NCBI GenBank assembly: GCA_003670455.1
Contig: QWRK01000001.1
Coordinates: 15,914 to 79,913 of the forward strand
Direction of reading: 5' to 3'
Length of the DNA stretch: 64,000 nt
Source of the DNA: Candidatus Aquidulcis sp.
GTDB lineage: Bacteria > Chloroflexota > Limnocylindria > Limnocylindrales > Limnocylindraceae
Part shown: in pieces, positions 1-11,584 of the stretch
Numbering within the stretch: position 1 is the stretch's first letter
How the letters are laid out: each line of letters opens with the position of its first letter
Program-made: the position numbers and the translations under genes
The notes under the pieces: model-generated
Seen by the model: only the letters and a program-made list of their open reading frames with translations
Told to the model about the DNA's origin: nothing
The model's database searches: none

Positions 1-1549
1 AGACGCTGCGCGCCTGCGCGACCGCGCCATGTGGGAGAAGTATTCGAAGGCGGCGAAGGCCATCGGCGACGAGGGGCTCGACATTGAGTGGAAGATCACC
101 CGCGACCTGATCGTCGTTGGCGGCTCGATCGCTATTGAGAAGGATGATCACCGCATGGACCTCCTCTCCGCAGTCGACCACATGGACGGGGTGCAGACAC
201 TCCTACCGCAGATCGTCACCTTCCAGGATGCGAAGACCCCCGAGAAGTTCGCCAAGCTGGTCAGCCGACTCAAGGCCTTCCCGAAGTTCATGGACGGGGC
301 AATCGAGCACGTGCATGAGGCCGAGAAGCGCGGCCTTGTCGCATCCAAGATTTCGACCGAGCGACTGATCGCTCAGCTTGATGGCCTGATGGCGATCCCG
401 GCAGACCAGTCGCCAATCGTCACCGCCGCTAACGTTGCAGGCGATGCCGAGCGAGCCGAGCTCGCCAAGATCGTTGCGGAGTACGTTGATCCGCAGATCA
501 AGCGCTACTACGAGGCGGTCAGCGGCAGCTACCGCACCAAGGCGCGCGAAGTGCCGGGCCTCTGCTCCGCACCGAACGGCGCCGAGTTGTACAAGGTCGC
601 CATCCGCAGCTGGACTGGTCTGCAGCTCGATCCGAAGGAGCTCCATGAGATCGGTCTCCAGGAGTGGGCCGATATTCAGGAGGAGATGAAGGTCATCTCG
701 ACGAAGCTCGGCTTCGGCGGCTCCATTGAGAAGCTGCGCGATGCGGCCGAGAGCGACCCAACGAACGTCGCCGCGTCAAAAGAGGCGCTGATCGTGCGCA
801 TCAAGGAAGACATTGATCGTGGCTACGCCGAAGCCGGCAAGGTCTTTGGGCGATTCCCGAAGGCTGGCTGCGACGTGAAGGCGGTCGAAGACTTCAAGGA
901 GAAGGACGCACCAGCGGCGTACTACTTCAGCCCTGCGGCTGATGGTTCGCGCCCAGGGACGTACTACGTGAACGGCTACGACCTGCCGTCGCGCTTCTTG
1001 CACGCCCTTGCGCCAACCACATATCACGAGGCCATTCCGGGCCACCACTTCCAGATCGCTCTGGAGATGGAGCTGGAGTTCTTGCCAGACCTGCGCAAGC
1101 ACGCCTCGCACCTTGCGGGGAACGCTTACGTCGAAGGTTGGGGCCTCTACTCGGAGCGACTCGCCGACGAGCTCGGCCTCTATCGCAACGAGATGGAGCG
1201 CTTCGGCATGCTTCAGGGTCAGGCGCACCGCGCGGCGCGCCTCGTCGTTGACACCGGCCTCCACGCCTTCGGCTGGGACCGCGATAAGGGCGTGGCGTTC
1301 ATGGAGTCCGTTGGGCTGCCACGAACCGACGCCGAGATCGAGACCGACCGCTACATCGCCTGGCCAGCCCAGGCGCTCTGCTACAAGGTTGGGCAGCGTG
1401 CCATTCAGCGCACGCGCGCTGCGATCGAGAAGCGCGATGGCGACAAGTTCGACATCAAGTCGTTCCACGATCACGCCATTGGACACGGCCAGATTCCACT
1501 CCCGGTCTTTGAGGCCGAGATGCCGAACTGGGTCAAGCCGAAGGCATGA
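1..1549 (+). CDS. DUF885-family protein (HExxPGHH metallo-motif), 5'-partial (ORF open to window edge)
   Basis: Translation contains 'HEAIPGHHFQIALEMELE', characteristic of the DUF885 family; frame has no stop upstream to position 1. Confidence 0.6.
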   Translation, partial: DAARLRDRAMWEKYSKAAKAIGDEGLDIEWKITRDLIVVGGSIAIEKDDHRMDLLSAVDHMDGVQTLLPQIVTFQDAKTPEKFAKLVSRLKAFPKFMDGAIEHVHEAEKRGLVASKISTERLIAQLDGLMAIPADQSPIVTAANVAGDAERAELAKIVAEYVDPQIKRYYEAVSGSYRTKAREVPGLCSAPNGAELYKVAIRSWTGLQLDPKELHEIGLQEWADIQEEMKVISTKLGFGGSIEKLRDAAESDPTNVAASKEALIVRIKEDIDRGYAEAGKVFGRFPKAGCDVKAVEDFKEKDAPAAYYFSPAADGSRPGTYYVNGYDLPSRFLHALAPTTYHEAIPGHHFQIALEMELEFLPDLRKHASHLAGNAYVEGWGLYSERLADELGLYRNEMERFGMLQGQAHRAARLVVDTGLHAFGWDRDKGVAFMESVGLPRTDAEIETDRYIAWPAQALCYKVGQRAIQRTRAAIEKRDGDKFDIKSFHDHAIGHGQIPLPVFEAEMPNWVKPKA

Positions 1550-2478
1550 GTACCGCTGGGGGGTCCGCGGGCGCGGCTCGCGGAACCTCCCGGCGAACGG
1601 TCGGGATCCTCTGCGCGATCGGCGCCTCACTGGCGTGGGGCTTTGGGTCGACAACGTCGGATTACGTCCTTTCGGCGGGGGTGGGGAACGACACGTTCCT
1701 CGTCATTGAACTTGGCGTTGGCTTCTTCGTGCTGCTCGTGCTCGGCGCAATCCGTGGTGAGCTGAGCGGCTTCCGACACCCAGGGCTGCTGCGCGCCTCT
1801 TCGACCGGGATCATTGAGCCGTGGGGCGCGTACACGCTCGGTAACGTCGGCATCATCTTTTCGAGCGGCGCTTTTGTTGCTCTCGTCTCATCGCTGAATC
1901 CCGTGCTGATTGCCATTCTGGCCGCCCCGTACCTCGGTGAGAGGGTCAGTCGGCGTGCCGTCATCCTGATGGTCGTTTCGATCACCGGCGTGGCTCTCGT
2001 GGTCGGTGGGGCTGGCGTCGCAGGCACGCTCAAACCAGAGGGGATTATCTTCGCCATCCTCGGCCTCTTCTGCGGTGCGGCCTACGTGCTCATCTCCTCC
2101 AAGCTGGTGCGCACCGTACCGGTGCTGCCACTCGTTGCGTCGCAGCTCCTGGTAGCGACGCTTGCCTCGCTCGCCCTGCTGATCGTGCGCGTCACGATCT
2201 TTAACGGCGACCTTCAGCTGCCAGCAACCGAGATGCAGTGGGCCGTTTCAGTTGCAACAGGTATTTTCGGCGGCGCCGCACCGTTCATCTTCTATCTTGA
2301 GGCAACACGACGGATTCCTACAACTACCGTGAGCCAGTTCAGCACGCTGGTGCCGGTGATCGCGCTGATTGGCGGCGTCGTATTCCTGAACGACGTGACG
2401 ACCCCAGTACAACTGCTGGGTACCGCGATCGTCGTGGTCTCCCTCTCGCTCCTCGCCCGCTACGCCCGCGCACACTGA
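1546..2478 (+). CDS. EamA/DMT-family membrane transporter
   Basis: ~10 predicted TM helices in two EamA-like halves; ATGA overlap with upstream gene. Confidence 0.6.
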   Translation: MSTAGGSAGAARGTSRRTVGILCAIGASLAWGFGSTTSDYVLSAGVGNDTFLVIELGVGFFVLLVLGAIRGELSGFRHPGLLRASSTGIIEPWGAYTLGNVGIIFSSGAFVALVSSLNPVLIAILAAPYLGERVSRRAVILMVVSITGVALVVGGAGVAGTLKPEGIIFAILGLFCGAAYVLISSKLVRTVPVLPLVASQLLVATLASLALLIVRVTIFNGDLQLPATEMQWAVSVATGIFGGAAPFIFYLEATRRIPTTTVSQFSTLVPVIALIGGVVFLNDVTTPVQLLGTAIVVVSLSLLARYARAH

Positions 2479-2492
2479 GGTAACGAGCACCC

Positions 2493-3386
2493 CTACGCGG
2501 CCCTCATCGCGCGCAAGAGCGCAGCCGCCTTCCGCGCTCGCCCCACCACCGGTCGATGGGGTCGCCGCAGGCCGAAGCCGTCGCGCTCAATCTGCCGCAG
2601 GATCTCGCGATAGAGGTGCCCCGCCACGCGGATCGAGCGGCCGCCGTTCAGCAGGTGGCGGATGCCAGCCACACCAACCTCGTACTCCGCGTCAGCTCGC
2701 GCGATCTCAGCCATGTAAAGAGCGCGGCGATCACCGTCACGAAGCGAGGTCGGGCCGCTCGCGGCGGCAGGGTCGAGCCCAACCCGCCGAAGTGACGTGG
2801 CGGGGAGGTAGACCCGCCCGTTCGCGAGGTCCTCATCGATGTCACGCAAGATGTTCGTACGCTGCATCGCCGCACCAAGTGCGCGGGCGGCGTGATCGGC
2901 CTGTGCGTCATCGCCGCCTCGAACACCAAGGAGCGCCGCCATCAGTCGCCCGACGGTGCCGGCCACCTGGTAGCAGTAGAGATCAAGGTCGGCGTCACTC
3001 TCCATCACTGGGCCGGCGAGGTCACTCTCCATACCGTCAAGGAATGCGCTGATCGCATCGGTCGGCAAGGCAGGCGTGCGACGCTGCAGGTCGACGAAGA
3101 TCGCCAGCTCATCACCGCCAGCGTCAGCGATCGCTCCTGTGTTGATCCAGGTGCGAATTGCCGCAAGGCGTTGCTGGGCGTCGGCGCGTTGCGCGGAACC
3201 GCTCGGTGCCTCAAGGTCGACCAGGTCATCGAGGCGACGGAGCGCCAGGTAGAGCAGGTTTATGTCGTCGCGAACGTCGCGCGGCAGGAAGCGTGCCGCA
3301 AGGGCGAAGCTGCGCGCAACACTATTGATCGTTGCCTGCGCCTCGGGAAGGAGAGCCGCCACGCGCGGATCGCGCTGGAGGGTCAT
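2493..3386 (-). CDS. crtB: Phytoene/squalene synthase family (CrtB-like)
   Basis: 'YCYQVAGTVGRLM', 'DLANGRVYLP' motifs of the squalene/phytoene synthase family; 4 nt downstream of crtI. Confidence 0.75.
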   Translation of the reverse strand: MTLQRDPRVAALLPEAQATINSVARSFALAARFLPRDVRDDINLLYLALRRLDDLVDLEAPSGSAQRADAQQRLAAIRTWINTGAIADAGGDELAIFVDLQRRTPALPTDAISAFLDGMESDLAGPVMESDADLDLYCYQVAGTVGRLMAALLGVRGGDDAQADHAARALGAAMQRTNILRDIDEDLANGRVYLPATSLRRVGLDPAAASGPTSLRDGDRRALYMAEIARADAEYEVGVAGIRHLLNGGRSIRVAGHLYREILRQIERDGFGLRRPHRPVVGRARKAAALLRAMRAA

Positions 3387-3390
3387 GCGG

Positions 3391-4923
3391 TTACGGGCGA
3401 ACGAGATTTCCGGTCGGCCCGGTGGCGTGTGAGGCGAATGGGGCAGGATAGTCCCCGCGGATCAGATCTTGCGTGACCTGTGAGGTGAGGAGCGCCCCTG
3501 GCATCCCTGCGCCTGGGTGTGTGCCGCCACCCACGTAGTAGAGGCCGGCGATCGTTCGGTCGCGGTTCGGCTGACGGAAGTAGGCCGACTGTTCGAGTGA
3601 TGGCTCCACGGCGAAGGCGTTGCCGTCGGGGGCGAGCAACTCGTCGCGGAAGGTGAGTGGCGTCCACGAGCGCTCCACCACGATCGAATCGCGCAGGCCT
3701 GGGAGCCCCCAGTTCTCGAGCCACTCGAGGGTGCGATCGCGCATGCGTGGCTCCGCTTCGGTCCAGTCGTCGCCAGAGCGCAGGTTCGGCACGGGGAGCA
3801 GGATCGCGATGGAGTCGCCGCCCGGCGGTGCCATCTCGGGCTCCGTGCGTGATGGCGCATGAATGTAGACGGCGTTGCTGCGTGGCATGCGACGCTCGCG
3901 GGTCACATCCTTGATGAAGCCGTGATAGTCGTCGCCGACCACAAGGGTGTGATGCAGGAGCTTCTCAAACTTCTTATTCGTGCCCAAGTACATCATGTGC
4001 GCCGACATCGTGGTGCGCAGTGGGCGAAGGCGCCACGGGAAGGCGTCAGGCGCATCTGGGAGCAGCGCGTCGCGCGCCGTCACATCGCCGTTGTAGATCA
4101 CGAGGTCGGCGTTGTGGACGACACCATCGGAGGTTCGCACGCCGGTGGCGCGCCCGTTGCGATGCAAGATCTGATCCACCTTGCTGTTGGTGTGAATCGT
4201 GCCGCCCATCTTGGCGATGATCTTGCCGAACGACTGAATGATGCTGTAGACGCCGCCCTCGGTGTACCAGATGCCATCGGCGATCTGCAGGTAGGCGAGC
4301 GCTGAGTAAATGGCTGGCACGCGCGACGGATCACCACCGATGAAGAGCGAGTGGAAGCCGAACGCCTGCTGCACATGGGGCTCCTTGAAGAACTTGCCGA
4401 CCCACCCCTCTAGGTAGCGGATCGCATCGAGTCGCGCCATGGTTGGGAGGAGCTTAACGAAGTCCTTCAGGTTCAAGAAGTTCTGACGACCGGAGACGAG
4501 AATCCCCTCGCGGTGAATCGCACCCGACGCTGCGAGGAACGCGTCAAGCTGATTCGCGTCGTCGTTCGAGAACTTGCGCATCTCGGCGAGCAGCTGTTCG
4601 CGATCGCTCCCGAAGTCGAAGTGGCGATCCTCGCCTGTCCAGAAGATGCGATAGCCCGGCTGCAGTTGGCGCAGAGTGACGTGATCCGACATCTTCTCGC
4701 CCGCCGCGGCGTAGACCTCTTCAAAGAGCCAGGGCATGGTGATGAGCGATGGGCCAGTGTCGAAGGTGTAGCCGCCCTCTTGAATGCGCGAGGCGCGGCC
4801 GCCAATCTCAGGGCGGGCCTCGAGGATGGTCACCTGCCAGCCATCAGAGAGGAGGCGGATGGCCGTGGAGAGGCCGCCGAAGCCGCTCCCCACGATGATC
4901 GCCGTTCGACCCCCCTCTGCCAT
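3391..4923 (-). CDS. crtI: Phytoene desaturase-family FAD oxidoreductase (CrtI-like)
   Basis: N-terminal 'AIIVGSGFGGLSTAIRLL...LEARPEIGGRA' dinucleotide-binding fold plus 'GYTFDTGPSLIT' (CrtI family); start reassigned to ATG 4923 (MAEGG) with G-rich SD; upstream part of the long ORF looks non-coding. Confidence 0.8.
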   Translation of the reverse strand: MAEGGRTAIIVGSGFGGLSTAIRLLSDGWQVTILEARPEIGGRASRIQEGGYTFDTGPSLITMPWLFEEVYAAAGEKMSDHVTLRQLQPGYRIFWTGEDRHFDFGSDREQLLAEMRKFSNDDANQLDAFLAASGAIHREGILVSGRQNFLNLKDFVKLLPTMARLDAIRYLEGWVGKFFKEPHVQQAFGFHSLFIGGDPSRVPAIYSALAYLQIADGIWYTEGGVYSIIQSFGKIIAKMGGTIHTNSKVDQILHRNGRATGVRTSDGVVHNADLVIYNGDVTARDALLPDAPDAFPWRLRPLRTTMSAHMMYLGTNKKFEKLLHHTLVVGDDYHGFIKDVTRERRMPRSNAVYIHAPSRTEPEMAPPGGDSIAILLPVPNLRSGDDWTEAEPRMRDRTLEWLENWGLPGLRDSIVVERSWTPLTFRDELLAPDGNAFAVEPSLEQSAYFRQPNRDRTIAGLYYVGGGTHPGAGMPGALLTSQVTQDLIRGDYPAPFASHATGPTGNLVRP

Positions 4924-5038
4924 GGACCCCCCTCGCTGCTCGCCGCGGGGGCAGTGCCCCCTGTGAGCACCATCGTAGGGGTGCCGCGCGCGGCGCGCTG
5001 AGCACGAATCGGGGCTCCCATTGACGAGAGCGCCCTGC

Positions 5039-5055
5039 GGGCGGATCATCCGCCC
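5039..5055. promoter_or_regulatory. Perfect 17-bp palindrome GGGCGGAT-C-ATCCGCCC in crtI/iclR divergent intergenic region; candidate IclR operator
   Basis: Read directly; lies immediately 5' of the iclR Shine-Dalgarno (GGGAGGAG 5059-5066). Confidence 0.45.
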
Positions 5056-5076
5056 CCAAGGGAGGAGCACCATCCG

Positions 5077-6017
5077 ATGAGTAGTGAACAGGCACGCGGT
5101 CGCGCCGCCCAGAGCCCCGAAGAGAGCCTTGACCATGCCAGTGCCGCTGGAGCGCATGGGGCCGATGACGCCGCCGTACGATCCGTCGATCGCGCCGCCG
5201 CACTCTTGGTTTGCCTCTCTGAAGCCGATGGCTCCGCCTCGGTCACCGACCTCTCCCACTCCCTCGATCTGCACAAGTCCACGGTGAGCCGACTCCTCTC
5301 CACCCTCGAGCGCCGCGGACTCGTCGAGCAGGATCGCGAGACCGGTCACTTCCGCCTCGGCGTCGGCATCATTCGTCTCGCGCAATCCGCCGAGCGCACC
5401 CTCGACCTCCGCTCCATCGCCCTTCCAGAGATGGAGGCGCTCGCCAAGGCGACCCACGAGACGGTCAGCCTTGAAGTCTTCGACGGCGTCGCCGCATCCG
5501 TAGCGATCTGCCAGATCGATGGACCGAACCTGACACCGATGCCCGACATTACGGGGCGGCCGATCGCAATGCACGCCATCGCTTCGGGGAAGGTGCTGCT
5601 GGCATCACTGCCTGAGCGCACCGTCCTCTCGATCGCCCGACGCGGTCTGGTTCGCTACACGCCGCGCACCATCATCGACCCGCGCGCGCTGCTTGAGGAG
5701 CTCGCCACCATTCGACGACGCGGCTACGCCGTGGCGATTGGCGAGTGGGACGATCGGATCACCGCCGCCGCCGTGCCGATCTGTGATGCGCGCGGCACCG
5801 TCATCGCCACCGTTGTCGTTTGGGGTGCCGCAACACGCGTCACTCCTGGAACCCTCCCTGCGCTCGTTACTGCTGCACGGGACGCCGCCCAGCAGATCAG
5901 CACCAAGCTGGGCTGGAGCGGCAACCAGCGTCGCGCCGGCATCGTGCCGCACCTGAAAGACGACGATGTGGAGGAGCAAGAGCACGAGGTCGCCGACGAC
6001 GAAGAGGCCGCCGGATA

Positions 6018-6018
<1 letters not shown>
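5077..6018 (+). CDS. IclR-family transcriptional regulator
   Basis: HTH 'VTDLSHSLDLHKSTVSRLLSTLERRGLV' and C-terminal IclR effector domain; acidic C-terminal tail. Confidence 0.8.
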
Positions 6019-7988
<1,970 letters not shown>

Positions 7989-8379
7989 GACGGACTTTTC
8001 CACAATTAACCTTCGCCTCGCGAGATCGGTGGAAAACTCTCCCCAGCCTCAACGATAAGTCGTTGATAAGTCCCTTCTGCAAGAGGGTTAGTTCCGCGAT
8101 GCTACTCGTAGCCCGAAGGGGCCAGCGGTGAACCCGCCGACCGAGCAATCGGCCAGGCGGCACGAACTGTGGCGATGACGGGATCGAACCGACAGGCAAC
8201 TGACGGTGCTGGTGAATGACCACCAAAGCGCGGGGCAACTCGTAGCGGCGGAGCGGAGGGTCACCTGGGAGTTTCAGCTTTACGGCTGGGGCGACTCGAT
8301 CCGATCTCACAGCGGAGGGGAACCGGCGTGAAAGCGTCGCCCCCAACATCGGATGGCCTCTCGGGCGATCTCTTTCCCC

Positions 8380-9993
8380 CTACGGACTTGTGCTCTCTGG
8401 CGCGCTCGGCGATGCCTCAGGGCTGATTGATGGCACATCTGATGGACTCGGTGATGGCGACGGCACGGCGGGGAACGCGTTCGCAATCACGCTGCGAATT
8501 TTCGCGATAGTCGCTGCGTTCAGATACGCCGGATAGGCGCTCGGCGCAAAGCGGTAGAGGCGCACCTGCGCGGTTGCGGCGCGCGAGAAGAGGTCCACCA
8601 GATTCGGCAGCGAGCTGCGCGGCAGGTCGGTCCACACATACCCCTTCGCGGCTGAAGCGAGTGCTGGAGCATTCAGAATTGTTGCTGCGCCGAGCTGATC
8701 GCGAATCGCCAGTAGGAGCGCCTGCTGCCTGCGCATGCGGCCGTAGTCAGAGTCTTGGTGGCGGCTCCGTGCGTAGGCGAGGGCGAGCCGCCCATCGAAG
8801 TGCTGCAGCCCAGAGCCAATGCGCAGTTGGATCGAGCCGAGCACTGGGTCTGGATAGTTCTTGTCGTAGATGGGTTCCGTAACGTTCATGTCGATGCCGC
8901 CCATCGCATCAACCACCTTGATGACGCCCCAGAGGTCGGCAACGAGCACGGCGTCAATCGGTCGCTGCGTAAGTTCCGAGATGGTGGCGCGGACCGCGGC
9001 GATCCCTGAGACGCTCCCTTCTCCAGGCCAAAGCTGCGGGTAGTAGAAGGTGGCGTCGGTATAGACCTCGTTCAGGAGTTTCTGGAAGCAGCCGCATGGA
9101 CTCGCGTTGCGGGCTGCGCCAGGGGGGAGCGGCACATTCACCATGTTGCGCGGGAAGCCGAACATCGCCACGCGCCCAGTGGCGACATCAACCTCAACGA
9201 GCAGCATCACATCCATGCGTCGACTCCACCGATCGGCGCCAGCATCAGAGCCGAGCAGCAGCAGGTCGAACTTACCGTCGTCGCCCCATGGGATCTCACC
9301 AGGGCGAGCCCATGGCGTGGTGACGGTCAGCGAAGGGAGTGTTCCAGTGCCATCTCCGCGTGGGGGCACGGTCCCAGGGCTTGTGGCGATTGAGGTACCG
9401 GGGGAGGGTGAGCCGCCCGTAGACCCTGGACTGGTGACACTCGGATCAGGACTTGGCGAAACCTCAGCAAACGTTTCATTGAGGAGTTGATCAAACGTGA
9501 TCAGCGAGCGCCCAACGGCAACGTGTGGCGCCACGATGAGCAGGAGCGCGGCGATGACCACTACGGCACGGTCGCGCGTTGGAAGCCGCGACCCGTGTAC
9601 GACGTGTGCCGTTGCACCAATGCGCCAGCCACCGATGACCAAATTCAGAAGGGCAAGCGCCAGGAGTGCCCCCGGCGTCACCAAGATGATGAGGAGCTGT
9701 GTTGTGCCACCAATCAGTGCGAGCAGGAGTACTGCAGCAATCAGGGTGAGGAGTGGCGCAGCGAAGAGGGCCGCCTGTCGACGGTTGCCACGGAGCCAGT
9801 GTCCGGCGCCAGGAAGCACCGTAGTGAGCAGGGCGGCGCGAACGAGTGAGACTGCGGTGCGGGTTGGATTGGGGCTGGCAGGCTTCACCCCCTCATCCTC
9901 CCTGATCTCGGGGAGCCGTGGGGATTCCTCAGTTGTTATGCGAGCGGTAGTGCGCGCCCCTTTGCCTTTGCCTCGGCCGCTTTGGCCGCCCAT
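8380..9993 (-). CDS. LytR-CpsA-Psr (LCP) family cell-envelope phosphotransferase
   Basis: N-terminal TM segment, LCP core ('MDVMLLVEVD...FGFPRNMVNVPLP'), Pro/Ser-rich linker and tail; start uncertain (alternative GTG at 9888 avoids 58-nt overlap with thyX). Confidence 0.75.
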   Translation of the reverse strand: MGGQSGRGKGKGARTTARITTEESPRLPEIREDEGVKPASPNPTRTAVSLVRAALLTTVLPGAGHWLRGNRRQAALFAAPLLTLIAAVLLLALIGGTTQLLIILVTPGALLALALLNLVIGGWRIGATAHVVHGSRLPTRDRAVVVIAALLLIVAPHVAVGRSLITFDQLLNETFAEVSPSPDPSVTSPGSTGGSPSPGTSIATSPGTVPPRGDGTGTLPSLTVTTPWARPGEIPWGDDGKFDLLLLGSDAGADRWSRRMDVMLLVEVDVATGRVAMFGFPRNMVNVPLPPGAARNASPCGCFQKLLNEVYTDATFYYPQLWPGEGSVSGIAAVRATISELTQRPIDAVLVADLWGVIKVVDAMGGIDMNVTEPIYDKNYPDPVLGSIQLRIGSGLQHFDGRLALAYARSRHQDSDYGRMRRQQALLLAIRDQLGAATILNAPALASAAKGYVWTDLPRSSLPNLVDLFSRAATAQVRLYRFAPSAYPAYLNAATIAKIRSVIANAFPAVPSPSPSPSDVPSISPEASPSAPESTSP

Positions 9994-10778
9994 GCGCCGA
10001 GGACCTCATCCTTGTGCGGCCGGATTGGGCAGTGGCCATCCTTGTTGCCGGACTCGTCGCAGTAGCCGAGCGGCACGCACTTCGGGGCGAGGAAGCTGCC
10101 CAGGAACGGGCTCACCACAAACACTTCGTGGCGGATGAGCTGGAAGAGGCGGCGGATCTCCCACTGCGCCATGGTGCAGAGGCGCAGGCCCGACATATGA
10201 ATGAGCGCACGCAGGTTGACGGTCATGATCAGGTTCGTCCGCGTGGCGTTGGGGAAGACAAATCGCGCATCTTCGGCGGGGATCCCCGCCGCTACAAGGT
10301 CGCCGTAGAGGCCGAGCGCACCCTGGGTTGCCTCCTCGAACCGCGCACGCACTGTCTCGTCGGCCTCGGCGACGGAGCCAGGAAGCATCGTTGCCGCCTT
10401 CTTGAAGGTCACATAGCGCTGCGACTGCTGGTCGAAGGCGACACCGGCGCGATGGCGCACGAGCTGGTGGCTGAGCGTTCGGGTGACGCCGGTGATGGCG
10501 AAGGTGAAGACGATGTGCTCAATGGTGCTGCCGTGGCCTGACTCAATGACGCGGCTGACCAGCTCGCGCTGCTTCGCTGGATCGATCTCGCCCGCCTCAG
10601 CGCGGCGATAGATCTCTTCTGGTGGCAGCTCGGAGTAGCAGGTGCGGCAGGCGGTGTAGATGATCGGCACATAGGAGCGCTCGACAATCTCGCGATTCGG
10701 AAAGAGCATCGTCGCCTTCATCCCAAGGTCGTGACGACCTGGGTTCTTCGGGATCCCGCTCTTCTGCTTCTCGCTCAT
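9936..10778 (-). CDS. thyX: Flavin-dependent thymidylate synthase ThyX with Cys-containing C-terminal extension
   Basis: ThyX signature 'RHRAGVAFDQQSQRY' (RHRX7S motif). Confidence 0.9.
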   Translation of the reverse strand: MSEKQKSGIPKNPGRHDLGMKATMLFPNREIVERSYVPIIYTACRTCYSELPPEEIYRRAEAGEIDPAKQRELVSRVIESGHGSTIEHIVFTFAITGVTRTLSHQLVRHRAGVAFDQQSQRYVTFKKAATMLPGSVAEADETVRARFEEATQGALGLYGDLVAAGIPAEDARFVFPNATRTNLIMTVNLRALIHMSGLRLCTMAQWEIRRLFQLIRHEVFVVSPFLGSFLAPKCVPLGYCDESGNKDGHCPIRPHKDEVLGAWAAKAAEAKAKGRALPLA

Positions 10779-10779
10779 C

Positions 10780-10974
10780 TCAGTAGTAGTCCGAGCAGGA
10801 GAGGAAGTAGCCGCACTCGCAGATCATCTTGCACTTGCGATCGATCATTTGCTTCCCGCAATTGGCGCAGCAGGTCATCACCAAACCCGGGTCAATCTCT
10901 GCCACGGGCGTCGGCGCAACCGCCGCTGAGGCGCTCTCGTCACTCGTTGGGGCTGGAGCGGCCTGGTTCAACAT
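10780..10974 (-). CDS. Small Cys-rich protein (64 aa; 8 Cys in last 30 residues, zinc-ribbon-like)
   Basis: 'MTCCANCGKQMIDRKCKMICECGYFLSC'; stop 1 nt before thyX ATG, 10 nt after LOG gene stop. Confidence 0.5.
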   Translation of the reverse strand: MLNQAAPAPTSDESASAAVAPTPVAEIDPGLVMTCCANCGKQMIDRKCKMICECGYFLSCSDYY

Positions 10975-10984
10975 CTGGAAGATC

Positions 10985-11584
10985 CTACCGCTCCGCAGGG
11001 GAGGGCGCGGCGTGCGATGCCTCCCAGGGAGCCCCTAGGCCGAGTCGCGCCCCCATGAGGAGTCGAGCCTCAGCCAGCACCATGCTCGCGGGGGTGCCAC
11101 TCGGCAGTACGCGCACGACCGCAAGATCCTCGGGGCCAACGACGAGACGTCGCCGAACGAGATCCACGAGCTCTACCCAGGCATCGCCAACAAGCAGGAG
11201 TGGCCGTGCGTCACTCACCTGCAGCAGGTTCCAGGCAACGGCGATCTCGGCGAGGGTACCGATGCCGCCATCGAGGCCGATGAGCAAGTCGGCTTCGGAG
11301 AAGAGGCGCAGCCGGTCAAAGAGGTCGGCAGAATCGATGCGGCGCGTCACCGCCTCATTCGCTTCTAGGCCATCCCATGAGGTGACGGTGTAGCCGAGGA
11401 CTTCGCCACCTTTTGACTTTGCGCCGCGGGATGCGGCCCCCATGATCCCCTCATAGCCGCCGGTGGCGACGGTGTACCCGGCCTCGGCAAGCGCCGCTCC
11501 AAGGTTGAAGGCGGCGACCCAGCGCGGATCGCTCTCAGGGAGGCGCGCGGAACCGTAGACGCCCACGATGAGGCGCTCAGTCAT
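10985..11584 (-). CDS. LOG-family (TIGR00730) nucleotide 5'-monophosphate nucleosidase
   Basis: 'GGYEGIMGAASRGA...PGGIGTLAE'-type LOG motifs; overlaps upstream peptidase gene by 8 nt. Confidence 0.75.
   Translation of the reverse strand: MTERLIVGVYGSARLPESDPRWVAAFNLGAALAEAGYTVATGGYEGIMGAASRGAKSKGGEVLGYTVTSWDGLEANEAVTRRIDSADLFDRLRLFSEADLLIGLDGGIGTLAEIAVAWNLLQVSDARPLLLVGDAWVELVDLVRRRLVVGPEDLAVVRVLPSGTPASMVLAEARLLMGARLGLGAPWEASHAAPSPAER

Noticed and set aside
4924-5574. 5' 217 codons of the long minus-strand ORF 3391..5574 fused to crtI
   Set aside because: The CrtI FAD-binding N-terminus begins at the internal ATG (4923) with an SD. The upstream part is low-complexity, runs through the divergent promoter region and overlaps the iclR start on the other strand.
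8150-8240. tRNA-like T-arm motif (GGGATCGAACC, minus orientation)
   Set aside because: An acceptor-like pairing exists, but only 25 nt separate it from the T-arm, too short for D and anticodon arms. Not a tRNA; possibly a degenerate fragment.
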